A stretch of DNA of 64,000 nucleotides, taken from assembly GCA_016187225.1 (NCBI GenBank), contig JACPKC010000010.1, positions 156,590-220,589 on the forward strand, given 5' to 3'. The notes beneath the pieces are model-generated. The model made no database searches. It was not told the origin of the DNA and saw only the letters and a program-made list of their open reading frames with translations. The position numbers and the translations under genes were made by a program. The number at the start of each line of letters is the position of its first letter. Position 1 is the stretch's first letter. Positions 9,905-19,021 of this stretch are shown here, in pieces. Source of the stretch: Candidatus Berkelbacteria bacterium. GTDB taxonomy: Bacteria; Patescibacteriota; UBA1384; JACPKC01.

Positions 9905-9941
9905 GCCATTTATAACAAACCATATATTTGCATTAAAACTA

Positions 9942-9969
9942 TTGACAAATACTAATTATATGGTATAGT
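9942..9969 (+). promoter_or_regulatory. Sigma70-type promoter of the lytic transglycosylase gene
   Basis: TTGACA-16nt-TATAGT with extended TG. Confidence 0.7.
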
Positions 9970-10082
9970 TCTACACGTTTCCTAATCAAACTTCTGAACC
10001 TGTAAAACAGGTTCATTTTGTTTCCGGCGAGACCCGATTAATACTCGGCGCAGTAGCCGCTTGGGAACGGGAGCTAAAATTT

Positions 10083-10760
10083 ATGTTTCTCCTTGCAAAA
10101 GGGAGGGAGAAGCAAAAAGCTACAAAAGTATTTTTAGTCGGGGTTTTGATATTTGAATTAGTGTTGGGCAATTTTGCACAAGCCCAAGAAGCTAAAATGC
10201 CGCTTGTTTCGACCCTGGTTTTAGATCCGCAGTCTTCAAGTGTAATTGTAAATTTGTCGCCCCGACGCGAGTTAACTATTACAGTGATTGAATCGAGAGC
10301 CGAGCAAACGGCTCGACTTGCGCGTATGGAAGCGGTGCGTAAGCAGAAGCCGCAAGTCGTAACGAGAGTTGAGTTAAAAGTTCAAGAGACTGATGTTGGT
10401 TTTGAAACCAAACGGGCTTTGGCTCAAAAAGCCGCCGCCGCTTATGGTCTTGACTGGAAAATTGTCGAAGCTGTTTGGCAGGTTGAGTCCGGTAAACGTT
10501 GGGTAACGTCCGTTCGATCTTATGCTGGCGCCCAAGGCCCAATGCAATTTATGCCAGGCACCTGGCGTCGCTATGGTGTTGATGGAAATGGTGACGGTGC
10601 TAAAGATATAAACCACGCCGAGGACGCTGTCTTCGCGGGGGCTAACTATCTGGCCGCCAACGGCGCCGCTTCTAATATCGACCGTGCGCTTTTGGCCTAC
10701 AATCATGCCCAGTGGTATGTGGATAAAGTCAAAAAGCTCGCCGCTTCGATCGAAGGGTAG
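10083..10760 (+). CDS. Secreted lytic transglycosylase (SLT/lysozyme-like domain)
   Basis: Signal peptide; VES catalytic Glu, GAQGPMQFMPGTW, DGNGDG EF-hand-like loop, AYNH. Confidence 0.9.
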   Translation: MFLLAKGREKQKATKVFLVGVLIFELVLGNFAQAQEAKMPLVSTLVLDPQSSSVIVNLSPRRELTITVIESRAEQTARLARMEAVRKQKPQVVTRVELKVQETDVGFETKRALAQKAAAAYGLDWKIVEAVWQVESGKRWVTSVRSYAGAQGPMQFMPGTWRRYGVDGNGDGAKDINHAEDAVFAGANYLAANGAASNIDRALLAYNHAQWYVDKVKKLAASIEG

Positions 10761-10769
10761 ATCTTTCTA

Positions 10770-10799
10770 AACACCACCCCGCCCCGGCGGGGTGGTGTT
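10770..10799. terminator. Strong GC-rich hairpin after the transglycosylase gene
   Basis: AACACCACCCCGC / GCGGGGTGGTGTT perfect inverted repeat. Confidence 0.65.
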
Positions 10800-10883
10800 G
10801 TATTAGAGGGAGTTATGTAGTATATAAAACAGTCTTTGTAAGACAATTAACAATTAAATTTTACGAAGGAGAGGTATGCACAG

Positions 10884-12308
10884 ATGCATATTTTTGAGAT
10901 TGAACAGGCAATTCTGGCTAATCAGAAAGTTGTTCGAAAGCATCTTCTATACTGCTGGGAAGATGTTAATGAGACCCTCGACCTTTGTTACGCTCTCGGG
11001 CGCATCTTCTATCGCGGCCTCGATCAGCTCAAGAGATCCGAAAAACGCAATTTTCAGCGTTGTCTTAACGCTATTCGGAAAGCCACGGAGCGGATCGATT
11101 CTGATAAGATGATCGCGATTGCTAACGCGCATAGAGCCTACACCGTTAGGGTCGGCATGAACTTTGCGACCATTTTTTTAGGGTCTGATGCGAATGACTT
11201 CGAGCGATCGGAGAAGATCGTCAGCTTGCTTCATCAGGCAAGGATCAGGACCTACCCTGATGAACTCTCGCTGACAGAACAATACAATGAATTTGCATCT
11301 ATCTTGTCTCTTATTGGCACGTTGATCCATGGCGCCTCGCGAACATGGACAAACTTCTTGCGCTCAGTTGCAAGCGGGTCTCAAACGGCGGGTGCCATTT
11401 TCGATCACATAGTCTTTTTCTATGCTTCGGTTAGGGCAAACGTGAACCTTGTTCACTTGTCTGAATGGCCTTTTCAAACAGCGACTAACATAGAAGAGAC
11501 AATCTTGGTCGCGATCGGCGGTGAGCATGACCCAGTCTTTCTGCCTGTGCCAGATGAGATTATTGATGCAATCAACGGTCGCATCCACGCATTCAATGCG
11601 TGGATTGACAGGCAAAACATTCTCACCCGAGAGTTAGTTGCTTGGTTCCAGACTAAGCGCGACGATTTTCATTCCAAGGAGGAGCAGATGTGGCAGGAGA
11701 TCGTTATGCAACCCAAATATGGCCTGCGACCAGCCGGTCTCGATAAGCTCCGCGTCGATCTAGCAGATAGTTGTGAAACTTATGTACAACTAATTCCGGT
11801 CGGTGATTTTCCTCTGACTCATGTCAAGCTCTGGATGAGATACCGTTACCTTAGGTATTGGTATACGGCGTCCATTATCCTCGATCCAAATAATTGGCAG
11901 GAAGTGGTGTGTTCTGATTGTTCTTGCACACGGGAGGGGGTGCAGGAGATGGATCGGGTGCACAGATTTGTCTGCCTCTACTGTCTGTGGTGGATAGTCA
12001 CAGGCCAGGGTGTGAAGGCGTCAACGTATCATGAAAAAGGAGGTAAGAAGTCGAACGGATTTGGCGTCCCCGCGTCCAAAACACCGATTCGAGCGCATTT
12101 TCGTCGACTGCCTCTTGGCAGGAATCCATCTGAAGCAGCTCAACTTCGTGCGATTGATACGTTAGATGTTTTGCCGCCAATCGGTACGACCTTTGTGCGC
12201 TCTCATCTGCGCAATAATACGCCAACCGAGCAGGAGATTCGCGACTTCGAAAAGATCGAGCCTTTGCCCAATTTTATTTTTTCGTTCAGTAAGTTTGGTT
12301 TCGCTTGA
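10884..12308 (+). CDS. Hypothetical protein, 474 aa
   Basis: Long ORF with SD GGAGAGG, flanked by hairpins; C-terminal RAHFRRLP...TFVRSHLR motif. Confidence 0.75.
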   Translation: MHIFEIEQAILANQKVVRKHLLYCWEDVNETLDLCYALGRIFYRGLDQLKRSEKRNFQRCLNAIRKATERIDSDKMIAIANAHRAYTVRVGMNFATIFLGSDANDFERSEKIVSLLHQARIRTYPDELSLTEQYNEFASILSLIGTLIHGASRTWTNFLRSVASGSQTAGAIFDHIVFFYASVRANVNLVHLSEWPFQTATNIEETILVAIGGEHDPVFLPVPDEIIDAINGRIHAFNAWIDRQNILTRELVAWFQTKRDDFHSKEEQMWQEIVMQPKYGLRPAGLDKLRVDLADSCETYVQLIPVGDFPLTHVKLWMRYRYLRYWYTASIILDPNNWQEVVCSDCSCTREGVQEMDRVHRFVCLYCLWWIVTGQGVKASTYHEKGGKKSNGFGVPASKTPIRAHFRRLPLGRNPSEAAQLRAIDTLDVLPPIGTTFVRSHLRNNTPTEQEIRDFEKIEPLPNFIFSFSKFGFA

Positions 12309-12331
12309 GCTAGCGGAGACCAAAATGATGC

Positions 12332-12356
12332 AAACGACCGCCCAGGCGGTCGTTTT
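12332..12356. terminator. Bidirectional intrinsic terminator
   Basis: AAACGACCGCC-CA-GGCGGTCGTTTT between convergent genes. Confidence 0.8.
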
Positions 12357-12362
12357 AAAAAT

Positions 12363-13544
12363 TTAATTTATCGTTCCTGATAGGTTTGCATCACCCGTTG
12401 CGGTTAGCGGTGGAGTTTCGGTGTGTGTCACCGATGTGCCGGGCGGAATCACCTCAAACCAAGTCTTGCCCTTGATGAGCGTTAACTCATTGCCGTTGCT
12501 ATCGTACAAACGTAACATCTCGTCGGTGCTGGATTTTTTCCACTTGCCTTCAGTTGCAGTGCCATTTTGAATGAGCGTTGACTTCCCCTCTCCTTCTGTG
12601 GTCATAAACCATTCGCCTTTGCCCTGATTTGTTTTAGCGTCGTAGACGCGCTCCACTTCGATGACAGCGATGTTTTTGGCTGTAATTTGATCGCCCGTAA
12701 CACGATCAATGTGCGCCGCACCCGCAAGTGAACGTTTATAGATGTTCTCTTCGCGCTCATAGACCCACTCCGCTTTGTAAGAAGGTGTTGAAAAATCAAT
12801 AGCAAGGGTTGCCGTGGCCGCTCGTTGCTCACTTGCGATATCGTCAGCAAATTTAAGCGGCGTGAACTCGCTTTCTAGTTTCACTTCTTTTTCTTTGGCG
12901 AATTCATAGAGCTTGGCGCTTGAGGTGAAGAGCGTATGTTCAACCGCGATGCCTGGTTTTGGTTCGCGTTCAAAATAAGCGGCTGTATGGGGTAAATCAA
13001 CGATCGCCGGTGTCTTAGGAATTAGGGCCAGCGCCGCTTGCGATCCGCCTGCATGCGTATACAGCGCTTTGTAACCAGCGGCATAGTGGACAAAGTACGG
13101 TCGAGCCGATCTTACAGGTCCGATTTTTTGCGCATCGGCTGGACCAAAAATTGCCATAAAACGTGTGATGCCGCCTTCCACAATCACCTCGAAAACAACA
13201 CTCGCATCGATCAGCCCAGCTTGTGGGCGCGCGTCGGGGTGATTCTCAATCATCACTGCCAGGGGCCGAATTTTGGCCTTACTGGGATCAACTTCAGTCC
13301 CATCTAAAGTTGATGGTTCGGTTTTGGGTACTTCCTTAACTGAAAGATTTGGCAAGATCGAGTTATTCGCGGATTGAAGATTAAATCCTTCGGGTACGAA
13401 ATATCGATAATAAGCAGCCGTGCCCGCCGCACCAAATACAATTATGAATAGGCTGATTATGAGGGTTGCGTGTCCGCGCCGGCTATTTATAAAACGCACA
13501 AGACGTTCGCGAAAATTACCCTTCTCGAGATTAAGTGTCTCCAT
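12363..13544 (-). CDS. DUF3048 (YerB-like) membrane-anchored protein
   Basis: N-terminal TM; PLAVMIEN...ARPQ.GL..A..V.E..VEGGITRF...GPVRSAR; start taken at METL. Confidence 0.85.
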   Translation of the reverse strand: METLNLEKGNFRERLVRFINSRRGHATLIISLFIIVFGAAGTAAYYRYFVPEGFNLQSANNSILPNLSVKEVPKTEPSTLDGTEVDPSKAKIRPLAVMIENHPDARPQAGLIDASVVFEVIVEGGITRFMAIFGPADAQKIGPVRSARPYFVHYAAGYKALYTHAGGSQAALALIPKTPAIVDLPHTAAYFEREPKPGIAVEHTLFTSSAKLYEFAKEKEVKLESEFTPLKFADDIASEQRAATATLAIDFSTPSYKAEWVYEREENIYKRSLAGAAHIDRVTGDQITAKNIAVIEVERVYDAKTNQGKGEWFMTTEGEGKSTLIQNGTATEGKWKKSSTDEMLRLYDSNGNELTLIKGKTWFEVIPPGTSVTHTETPPLTATGDANLSGTIN

Positions 13545-13548
13545 AAAA

Positions 13549-14634
13549 TTACTTCCTGGCTGTTCGCAAATTAAACCAAGCGAAACGAAGCAGGGTGCCA
13601 AAGCCTACACACCAGGCGCCAAAAATTAAAATCCAACCTAAGAATGGAATGAGCTTAAGAATTACCAGCACAATCGACCCAACGAGAAATGCATTCACAA
13701 GTGTGAGTTTCTGCTTGAAGAGAAGGTCGCCGACCCAAAGATTGGCCACAGCGCCGGCTAGAATCGCAAGCGCTCCAACCAAGAAAATTTCAAGAAATGC
13801 GAGTGGTAAAGTTATATAGAACACAAAGAGGAGAATTAAGATAAAAGGCGCCGCTCCAAGCGAGACTAATCCGACGAGGAGTGCATTGAGCGGTTCCTTA
13901 TAAGCTTGAGCGCGCAGGACCTCAACGGTTTTTGGAGCGAGTAGATAGATTAACGCGCCGGTCATTAGCAAACCGAGGATAGTCGCCACTTCGGCAAATA
14001 AACTACCCAGACCAAAGCCAAACTGTTGGGCTTCATCAGTATCTGTTTGACGTTTCAACTCAACCCCACCAATCACCATTGCACCCTCCGGTTTAACGAA
14101 TGGTTTCGTGGTCGTGCCTGTCAGTTTGCCTTCAATTTTAGCTGTATCAGATAATGTAACCGACTCGGTCCCAACATTCACATTGCCATCCACGGCGCCG
14201 GCCAGATGCAAGGTGCCTGCATAAACAGTAACGTCGCCAGCCACGCGCCCGCGCACTTCAACGTTGCCGGCAAATACCAAGAGATCACCGTCAATAGTTG
14301 CATCCGATCTTAGAGTTACGGTACTGCCGGCAACTAAAACATCGCCCTGGACTCGGCCATTGATTTTTATACTCGAACCAGCGGCAAACACATTGCCACC
14401 GACACTATCATCAATTGTGACTGTATTGCCAGCCGCTACAAGGTCGCGAGCCACTCGCCCTCGAATATCAATATCGGCGCCGGCCGTAATTAAGGTATCG
14501 TTAATTATCTGACCACTTTCTACTACGACATTGCCCGAGCTTTCGGGCTGTTGGAATTCGAGAGCTTGAACATCGCTCAATCCCAGTGTAAGAACCGATA
14601 GAATCGCGAGCGTAGAGATGCTGTGCATTTTCAT
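13549..14634 (-). CDS. Bactofilin-like (polymer-forming cytoskeletal) beta-helix protein with C-terminal TM domain
   Basis: Signal peptide; repeated G.V.GD...AG..V.I units; multi-TM C-terminus ending IPFLGW. Confidence 0.75.
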   Translation of the reverse strand: MKMHSISTLAILSVLTLGLSDVQALEFQQPESSGNVVVESGQIINDTLITAGADIDIRGRVARDLVAAGNTVTIDDSVGGNVFAAGSSIKINGRVQGDVLVAGSTVTLRSDATIDGDLLVFAGNVEVRGRVAGDVTVYAGTLHLAGAVDGNVNVGTESVTLSDTAKIEGKLTGTTTKPFVKPEGAMVIGGVELKRQTDTDEAQQFGFGLGSLFAEVATILGLLMTGALIYLLAPKTVEVLRAQAYKEPLNALLVGLVSLGAAPFILILLFVFYITLPLAFLEIFLVGALAILAGAVANLWVGDLLFKQKLTLVNAFLVGSIVLVILKLIPFLGWILIFGAWCVGFGTLLRFAWFNLRTARK

Positions 14635-15197
14635 CTTCCCTCCTTGTTTACATCATTAAGATAGCATGTAAGTTCATTTGGTTTCAAACTTTTTAGAAGC
14701 CATCGATCAAGTGGTCGAAAAAAACGGCTTGAAAATTGTTCATTTTGACTCAACGGTTGGACGAGTGCGGTTTGCATGCCGGCTAAACGTCCGCCGATTA
14801 TATCGGCTATCAAAAGATCGCCAATGATTAAAGTTTGAGCTGGCGAGACTTGCATCGCTTGTGCCGCTTTGAATAGGAAATAAGGCAAAGGCTTAATGAG
14901 TAAGCCGGTTGCAAACGCGCGCAGGCCTAATTTACTGGCTTCTGTTTGCAGACACTCTTTGCCAGTGCGTGTCACCTGATTAGAAACGATTGAAATTTTT
15001 TGCTTGGAAAAAACTTCAATCCAACACTGAAGGTGTTGAATGAGTTCAGCTCGAATCACGGGTTCAGGATAGTATTTGAGAGTATTGTCAAAATCGAAAA
15101 TGATTGCTCGAATACCTTTTGCGTAAAGTAAATTTGGATCAAGATCATCTAATTTTGCAATATAATAATCTGGCCAGTACCATGGTCGGTTAATCAT
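14631..15197 (-). CDS. YqeG-family HAD-IIIA phosphatase
   Basis: FDFDNTL, VSN, KP, IGD....DI.GG. Confidence 0.85.
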   Translation of the reverse strand: MINRPWYWPDYYIAKLDDLDPNLLYAKGIRAIIFDFDNTLKYYPEPVIRAELIQHLQCWIEVFSKQKISIVSNQVTRTGKECLQTEASKLGLRAFATGLLIKPLPYFLFKAAQAMQVSPAQTLIIGDLLIADIIGGRLAGMQTALVQPLSQNEQFSSRFFRPLDRWLLKSLKPNELTCYLNDVNKEGR

Positions 15198-15248
15198 ATT
15201 AAATCATCATATCATCCATTTTCTACACTAACCGACATATTGTACCGA

Positions 15249-16058
15249 TTAGTAAATATAGCCGCGAATGACACCACTGGCGCTTTTCATTCTCCGTTTC
15301 GATACTTTGCCCCAGCCGATCATGTTCATATCCGAGACGATTAATTCGTCGCCCTCGACTTTTTCGACATACCCGACATGACCGAGTGGTCCCTCACTAG
15401 TTACAATTACCGAACCAGCTTGAGGCGTTTTCCCAGTTGCAAAACCCGATCTTTGAGCGCTCTTGAGCCAGGCGCTTGCATTCCCCCAGCGATTGGGGAT
15501 ATCTGGTCGACGTTCTTTTGCCCACCAGGTGCAGTAGCCATAGCTGTAAGTGTTACCGGCAGTCGTGGCAGTGGCTTGAAAAGCGCTTGTTTGGGCTGAA
15601 GGTTTGAACGCTCGTCGTACCTGTGTTTTGGCGACCTGGGCAAGTTGAGCTTTGCTAATCCGTTCTGCTTCCTCGCGTGCTTGAAGTTCTTTTTCGGGGC
15701 GGCCAATATCTGTTGTTAGTACGGTTGGCTTCTCGATAAAGCCATCGGCAAGATGCGTTTCATGGGCAGAGGGTGTATCAAAGGGAATTTCTTCAACAGT
15801 TTCAAACGAGAAATCAGCGAGTTGCGCTGTAATCGAGGTTGGCCCGGCGGCGGCCAGCGCCTTATTACTCGCGAGTGGATTCAAGGCGATTAAAAGCACG
15901 GTTGCAATAACAGTCCGCCAGCCACGTTGCAGTGAGGGTTGGATGAGTTTTCGAGTAAGCCAATAACGACGCCGTAAACTCAATCTCCAATTGTGAAAGC
16001 TTCGCTTCAAGCGTATAAGCGGTGGCTCCGCCTGCTCGGCAACCTGAATTGAAGTCAT
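15249..16058 (-). CDS. CHAP-domain peptidoglycan hydrolase
   Basis: N.Y.YGYCTWW, WGNA..W, GHVGYVE, SDMN. Confidence 0.9.
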   Translation of the reverse strand: MTSIQVAEQAEPPLIRLKRSFHNWRLSLRRRYWLTRKLIQPSLQRGWRTVIATVLLIALNPLASNKALAAAGPTSITAQLADFSFETVEEIPFDTPSAHETHLADGFIEKPTVLTTDIGRPEKELQAREEAERISKAQLAQVAKTQVRRAFKPSAQTSAFQATATTAGNTYSYGYCTWWAKERRPDIPNRWGNASAWLKSAQRSGFATGKTPQAGSVIVTSEGPLGHVGYVEKVEGDELIVSDMNMIGWGKVSKRRMKSASGVIRGYIY

Positions 16059-16125
16059 TATTTCTCCTCTCTATAAAACCTATTTTTGGACAAATAAAAT
16101 AACTACCACTGGTAGCTACATGGGG

Positions 16126-16153
16126 AGTCTAGCAGAGTCAGAAGTACTGTCAA
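16126..16153 (-). promoter_or_regulatory. Promoter of the CHAP gene
   Basis: Minus strand TTGACA-16nt-TAGACT with extended TG. Confidence 0.65.
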
Positions 16154-16186
16154 GTTATAATGTGGATAATAGACGTATTCTCCAAT

Positions 16187-16268
16187 AAAAATGAGAAACA
16201 CCTCGCGCAAGGCAAGGTGTTTCTTTGAAGCGTGGTTACGTGAGGAGGGTAACACGCAACCAACACTC
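16187..16268 (-). ncRNA. Putative ~80-nt small RNA with anti-SD loop and intrinsic terminator
   Basis: Hairpin GCGU-GUUAC[CCUCCUCAC]GUAAC-C-ACGC, then terminator AGAAACACCU...AGGUGUUUCU-CA-UUUUU; own consensus promoter directly upstream. Confidence 0.6.
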
Positions 16269-16274
16269 ATTTAA

Positions 16275-16303
16275 ATATTATGAGAAAGTGATTTAGATGT
16301 CAA
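16275..16303 (-). promoter_or_regulatory. Promoter of the putative sRNA
   Basis: TTGACA (16303-16298), 17 nt spacer, TAATAT (16280-16275). Confidence 0.7.
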
Positions 16304-16330
16304 ACAAAATTTCAGTGGTCTTATGCGGGG

Positions 16331-16975
16331 TTATTCTTGACCCGCAACAACTAACAACTGATCCGGCTTAGGTAAATCACTTTCTTTTAACTCGGCCGAT
16401 TCCCAATCGAGAAGATATTGAACCTCCTGGGCCTCGCTCATAAATCCAGGCAGGTAATAAATTGTTGAAATCTGGTGAGTCGTTTTGGCATTGCCAATCG
16501 ATGAAACATTAATTTGAGCGCTTTTTAATTGATCGCGAATCTTAGCGGCTACCCCAGTCGCGCTCCCGCCATTTAGGACTCTTACCGTGAAAGTCTTTGG
16601 AGTTTTGGGCGCAATTTTTTCTTCTTGAGGCGCGGAATTTGTGGTTGGTTGGTCGAGAATCACCAGCGCGTCGAGTGAATCTTCAATTTGTGCGACAGGT
16701 GCTTTAAATGTTTTTGCGGGCGCGCGAGTGTCATTATCTTCGTCAGCAGTTATAATTTCGTCTGTAAATTTTTCTTCAGCAAGTAATTTTTCGGACAATG
16801 ATTCTGTTTCGCGCGACAGTGTCGGTCGGATAAAAAGGAGCGCTAAAACTGCAACCACAGGCACAAACAATAAAACCCCATCTCTTGATCGCTTCGATCG
16901 AGGTCGAGTGTTGTGAGTTAGCTTTGATTGTAGAACCGTGCGCGGCGACGCTCGAATCCCATCAAAAGTCGGCAC
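16331..16975 (-). CDS. Membrane protein with LytR C-terminal (LytR_C) domain
   Basis: TM helix then VRVLNGG...GVAA...IGNA...STIYY...VVAG. Confidence 0.82.
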   Translation of the reverse strand: MPTFDGIRASPRTVLQSKLTHNTRPRSKRSRDGVLLFVPVVAVLALLFIRPTLSRETESLSEKLLAEEKFTDEIITADEDNDTRAPAKTFKAPVAQIEDSLDALVILDQPTTNSAPQEEKIAPKTPKTFTVRVLNGGSATGVAAKIRDQLKSAQINVSSIGNAKTTHQISTIYYLPGFMSEAQEVQYLLDWESAELKESDLPKPDQLLVVAGQE

Positions 16976-16993
16976 ACTCCTCCTGTATTGGCT

Positions 16994-17599
16994 TTAATAG
17001 ATAGGTGAAAATTGTCTAATCACACCGAGCACTCTCCCTTGAATTGAAACGTCATTGGTGTAGATCGGCGGATATTTAGGGTTAGCTGGTTGTAATCGAA
17101 TTCGCCCCTTCTCTTTATAATAGCGTTTGAGTGTCACATTCTCTTCTTCCAGAAGAGCCACCACAATATCCCCATTTTTTGGTTGTTTTGTGCGTTGAAT
17201 TACCACATAGTCTCCGTCTAAAATTCCATCGTGCACCATGGAGTCGCCGCTAACTTTAAGTGCGTATACATCATGACCCATCATTGAGCGTGGAATATCG
17301 ATCGTCTCGTTGGTTCGAATCGCCGCAATCGGATTACCCGCCGCGATCACGCCCAGAAGAGGAATCTCGTGAGTACGCTCATCCCAAGCGGGTGTTACTT
17401 GCACGGCACGCGCGCCTTCATCTTTACAAATATGGCCCTTGAGTCTTAGTGATTCGATATGCTCCGCGACTGTCGCTACCGATTTCAATTCAAAATGTTG
17501 GGCAATTTCTCGGTAGCTCGGCGCATACTCATGATCATTGATATACGTTCGTAAGTACTCAAGAACGGCTTTTTGTTTGGGTGTAGGAAGCTGGTGCAT
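16994..17599 (-). CDS. lexA: SOS repressor LexA
   Basis: N-terminal wHTH (PSYREIA), AAG cleavage site, GDSM (Ser), TLKR (Lys). Confidence 0.96.
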   Translation of the reverse strand: MHQLPTPKQKAVLEYLRTYINDHEYAPSYREIAQHFELKSVATVAEHIESLRLKGHICKDEGARAVQVTPAWDERTHEIPLLGVIAAGNPIAAIRTNETIDIPRSMMGHDVYALKVSGDSMVHDGILDGDYVVIQRTKQPKNGDIVVALLEEENVTLKRYYKEKGRIRLQPANPKYPPIYTNDVSIQGRVLGVIRQFSPIY

Positions 17600-17613
17600 A
17601 GTGTTACTTTATA

Positions 17614-17630
17614 CCGAACAAAAACCGTAA
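17614..17630. promoter_or_regulatory. Putative LexA operator upstream of lexA (degenerate direct repeat)
   Basis: CCGAAC-AAAAA-CCGTAA, 11-bp period, next to the minus-strand -10; similar to the site upstream of dinB. Confidence 0.55.
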
Positions 17631-17640
17631 ACAATAGAAT

Positions 17641-18912
17641 TTATCCACATAAGAGTCTTCTGCTTCTTCCGTCTAAAAGGTTGTGCATTTTTACTCCAAC
17701 GCTCCAGCCGCTTTGCACACTTGTTTCGCCAAAGCGGGCTCGAATTTTATTGATTGCCATTGTCAGGTTTGATGAATTAGCGTCGAACGGTAATCGAACA
17801 GGCGCTTGAATTTTTGGAGTCAGAACGGAAACAGTGACACTTGGCATGCGTACTAAAGTCTCCAGAGTTAATTTGTCGCCTCGCTGGCAGGCCGAGGAGA
17901 TGAGCTTCCAGGCATAGCATTCGATATCTCTGTCTGATTCAATTCGGTATGAAGTCTGAAGAGTTGAGCCCCAGCTGGGCGCATTTGTGCGGCGTAAATA
18001 AATTTGAATTGATTGACCGACAAATCCCCTCTTTCTTAGTCGATTCCCCACTTTCTCGCTCAAACGAAATAAGATTGGTCGTAATTCGCGTACCGGTACG
18101 TCGTGCGGCAAAGTGTATTGATGACCGATCGATTGTTCAGCTTTTTGCCGCCAATATGGAACAACACGAGCAAGGTCGATGCCCTGCCCAATCAAATGCA
18201 GTTCTTTTTCGTATGGGAAAACTAATGTCCGCAAGGTATCAAGTGATTGTTGGGTAAGATCGGCCAATGTCTGAATACCGGCGGCGCGCAGTCTTCGGCC
18301 AAGCCGTGGCCCGATACCACACAATTCCTCAACCTGTGTTTGGGTAAAAAGTTCTACTTGTGTCCAGGCCGTTACCCCCTCCCGGCGCAATTTTGCAACT
18401 GTTTTCTCCTCGGCGTTATTTAAAAGTGCGACAAGTCCATCGGGTTTTTGCGATTCGCTTGCCAATTTAGCAAGACGTTTATTACGCGCGATCCCAATCG
18501 AAGCGGTCAGCACCGGCCCGAGTTGATTGTGAAATTTAGTTTTAATCGTGCGAGCGATATTGATAGCTTGTTCCAAGCTAGTATCGATCTCAATGAAGCC
18601 CTCATCGATCGAGAAGGGCTCGACCGCCGGTGAGAATTGCTCAAGAATTTGAAATATATGCTGACTAATTGCCTGATATCGTTCGTAGACGGGTGGCACA
18701 ATGATGAGTTGCGGACAGTGTTTGAACGCTTCCCGACCGTTCATGCCTACCCGAACACCCAGCCGTTTTGCTTCTCTCGAGGGCGCCACAATCACTGATC
18801 GTGTGCCTGGTTTGCCACCCACGCCAATTGCTTTGCCACGAAGCGCCGGATTATATTGTTGCTCGACTGAAGCAAAGAAGCTGTTCATGTCGATGTGTAA
18901 AATCCAGTTCAT
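17641..18912 (-). CDS. dinB: DNA polymerase IV (Y-family)
   Basis: HIDMNSFFASVEQ, FSIDEGF, ASIGI..NK.LAKLAS...KPDG, HhH GIGP; start at MNWIL with GGAG SD. Confidence 0.93.
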   Translation of the reverse strand: MNWILHIDMNSFFASVEQQYNPALRGKAIGVGGKPGTRSVIVAPSREAKRLGVRVGMNGREAFKHCPQLIIVPPVYERYQAISQHIFQILEQFSPAVEPFSIDEGFIEIDTSLEQAINIARTIKTKFHNQLGPVLTASIGIARNKRLAKLASESQKPDGLVALLNNAEEKTVAKLRREGVTAWTQVELFTQTQVEELCGIGPRLGRRLRAAGIQTLADLTQQSLDTLRTLVFPYEKELHLIGQGIDLARVVPYWRQKAEQSIGHQYTLPHDVPVRELRPILFRLSEKVGNRLRKRGFVGQSIQIYLRRTNAPSWGSTLQTSYRIESDRDIECYAWKLISSACQRGDKLTLETLVRMPSVTVSVLTPKIQAPVRLPFDANSSNLTMAINKIRARFGETSVQSGWSVGVKMHNLLDGRSRRLLCG

Positions 18913-19000
18913 TTTGATCTCCATTTCGAGTTCCACCATCTGCCAACTTGCGAGGGCGAAGTTGAGAACCATTCACAAACCAGCCTTGTTTAATTATACA

Positions 19001-19019
19001 CGAACAAAAGCCGAACAAA
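19001..19019. promoter_or_regulatory. Putative LexA operator (GAAC-N7-GAAC direct repeat) upstream of dinB
   Basis: CGAACAAA-AGC-CGAACAAA, adjacent to minus-strand TATAAT at 18998-18993. Confidence 0.7.
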
Positions 19020-19021
19020 TT

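Noticed and set aside
9970-10082. Canonical c-di-AMP (ydaO) riboswitch
   Set aside because: The hallmark GCUGAAUCC, GGAACC and CAGCUAAC segments are absent. Kept only as an unclassified structured leader.
16103-16270. 55-codon minus-strand ORF starting at ATG 16270 over the putative sRNA
   Set aside because: It runs through an intrinsic terminator and the CHAP promoter and has no protein-like features. The RNA reading is simpler, though a peptide is not excluded.
18701-19021. N-terminal extension of the 413-aa ORF
   Set aside because: Antisense to the dinB 5' end and its promoter. The plausible protein starts at the TM segment (GTG 19022).
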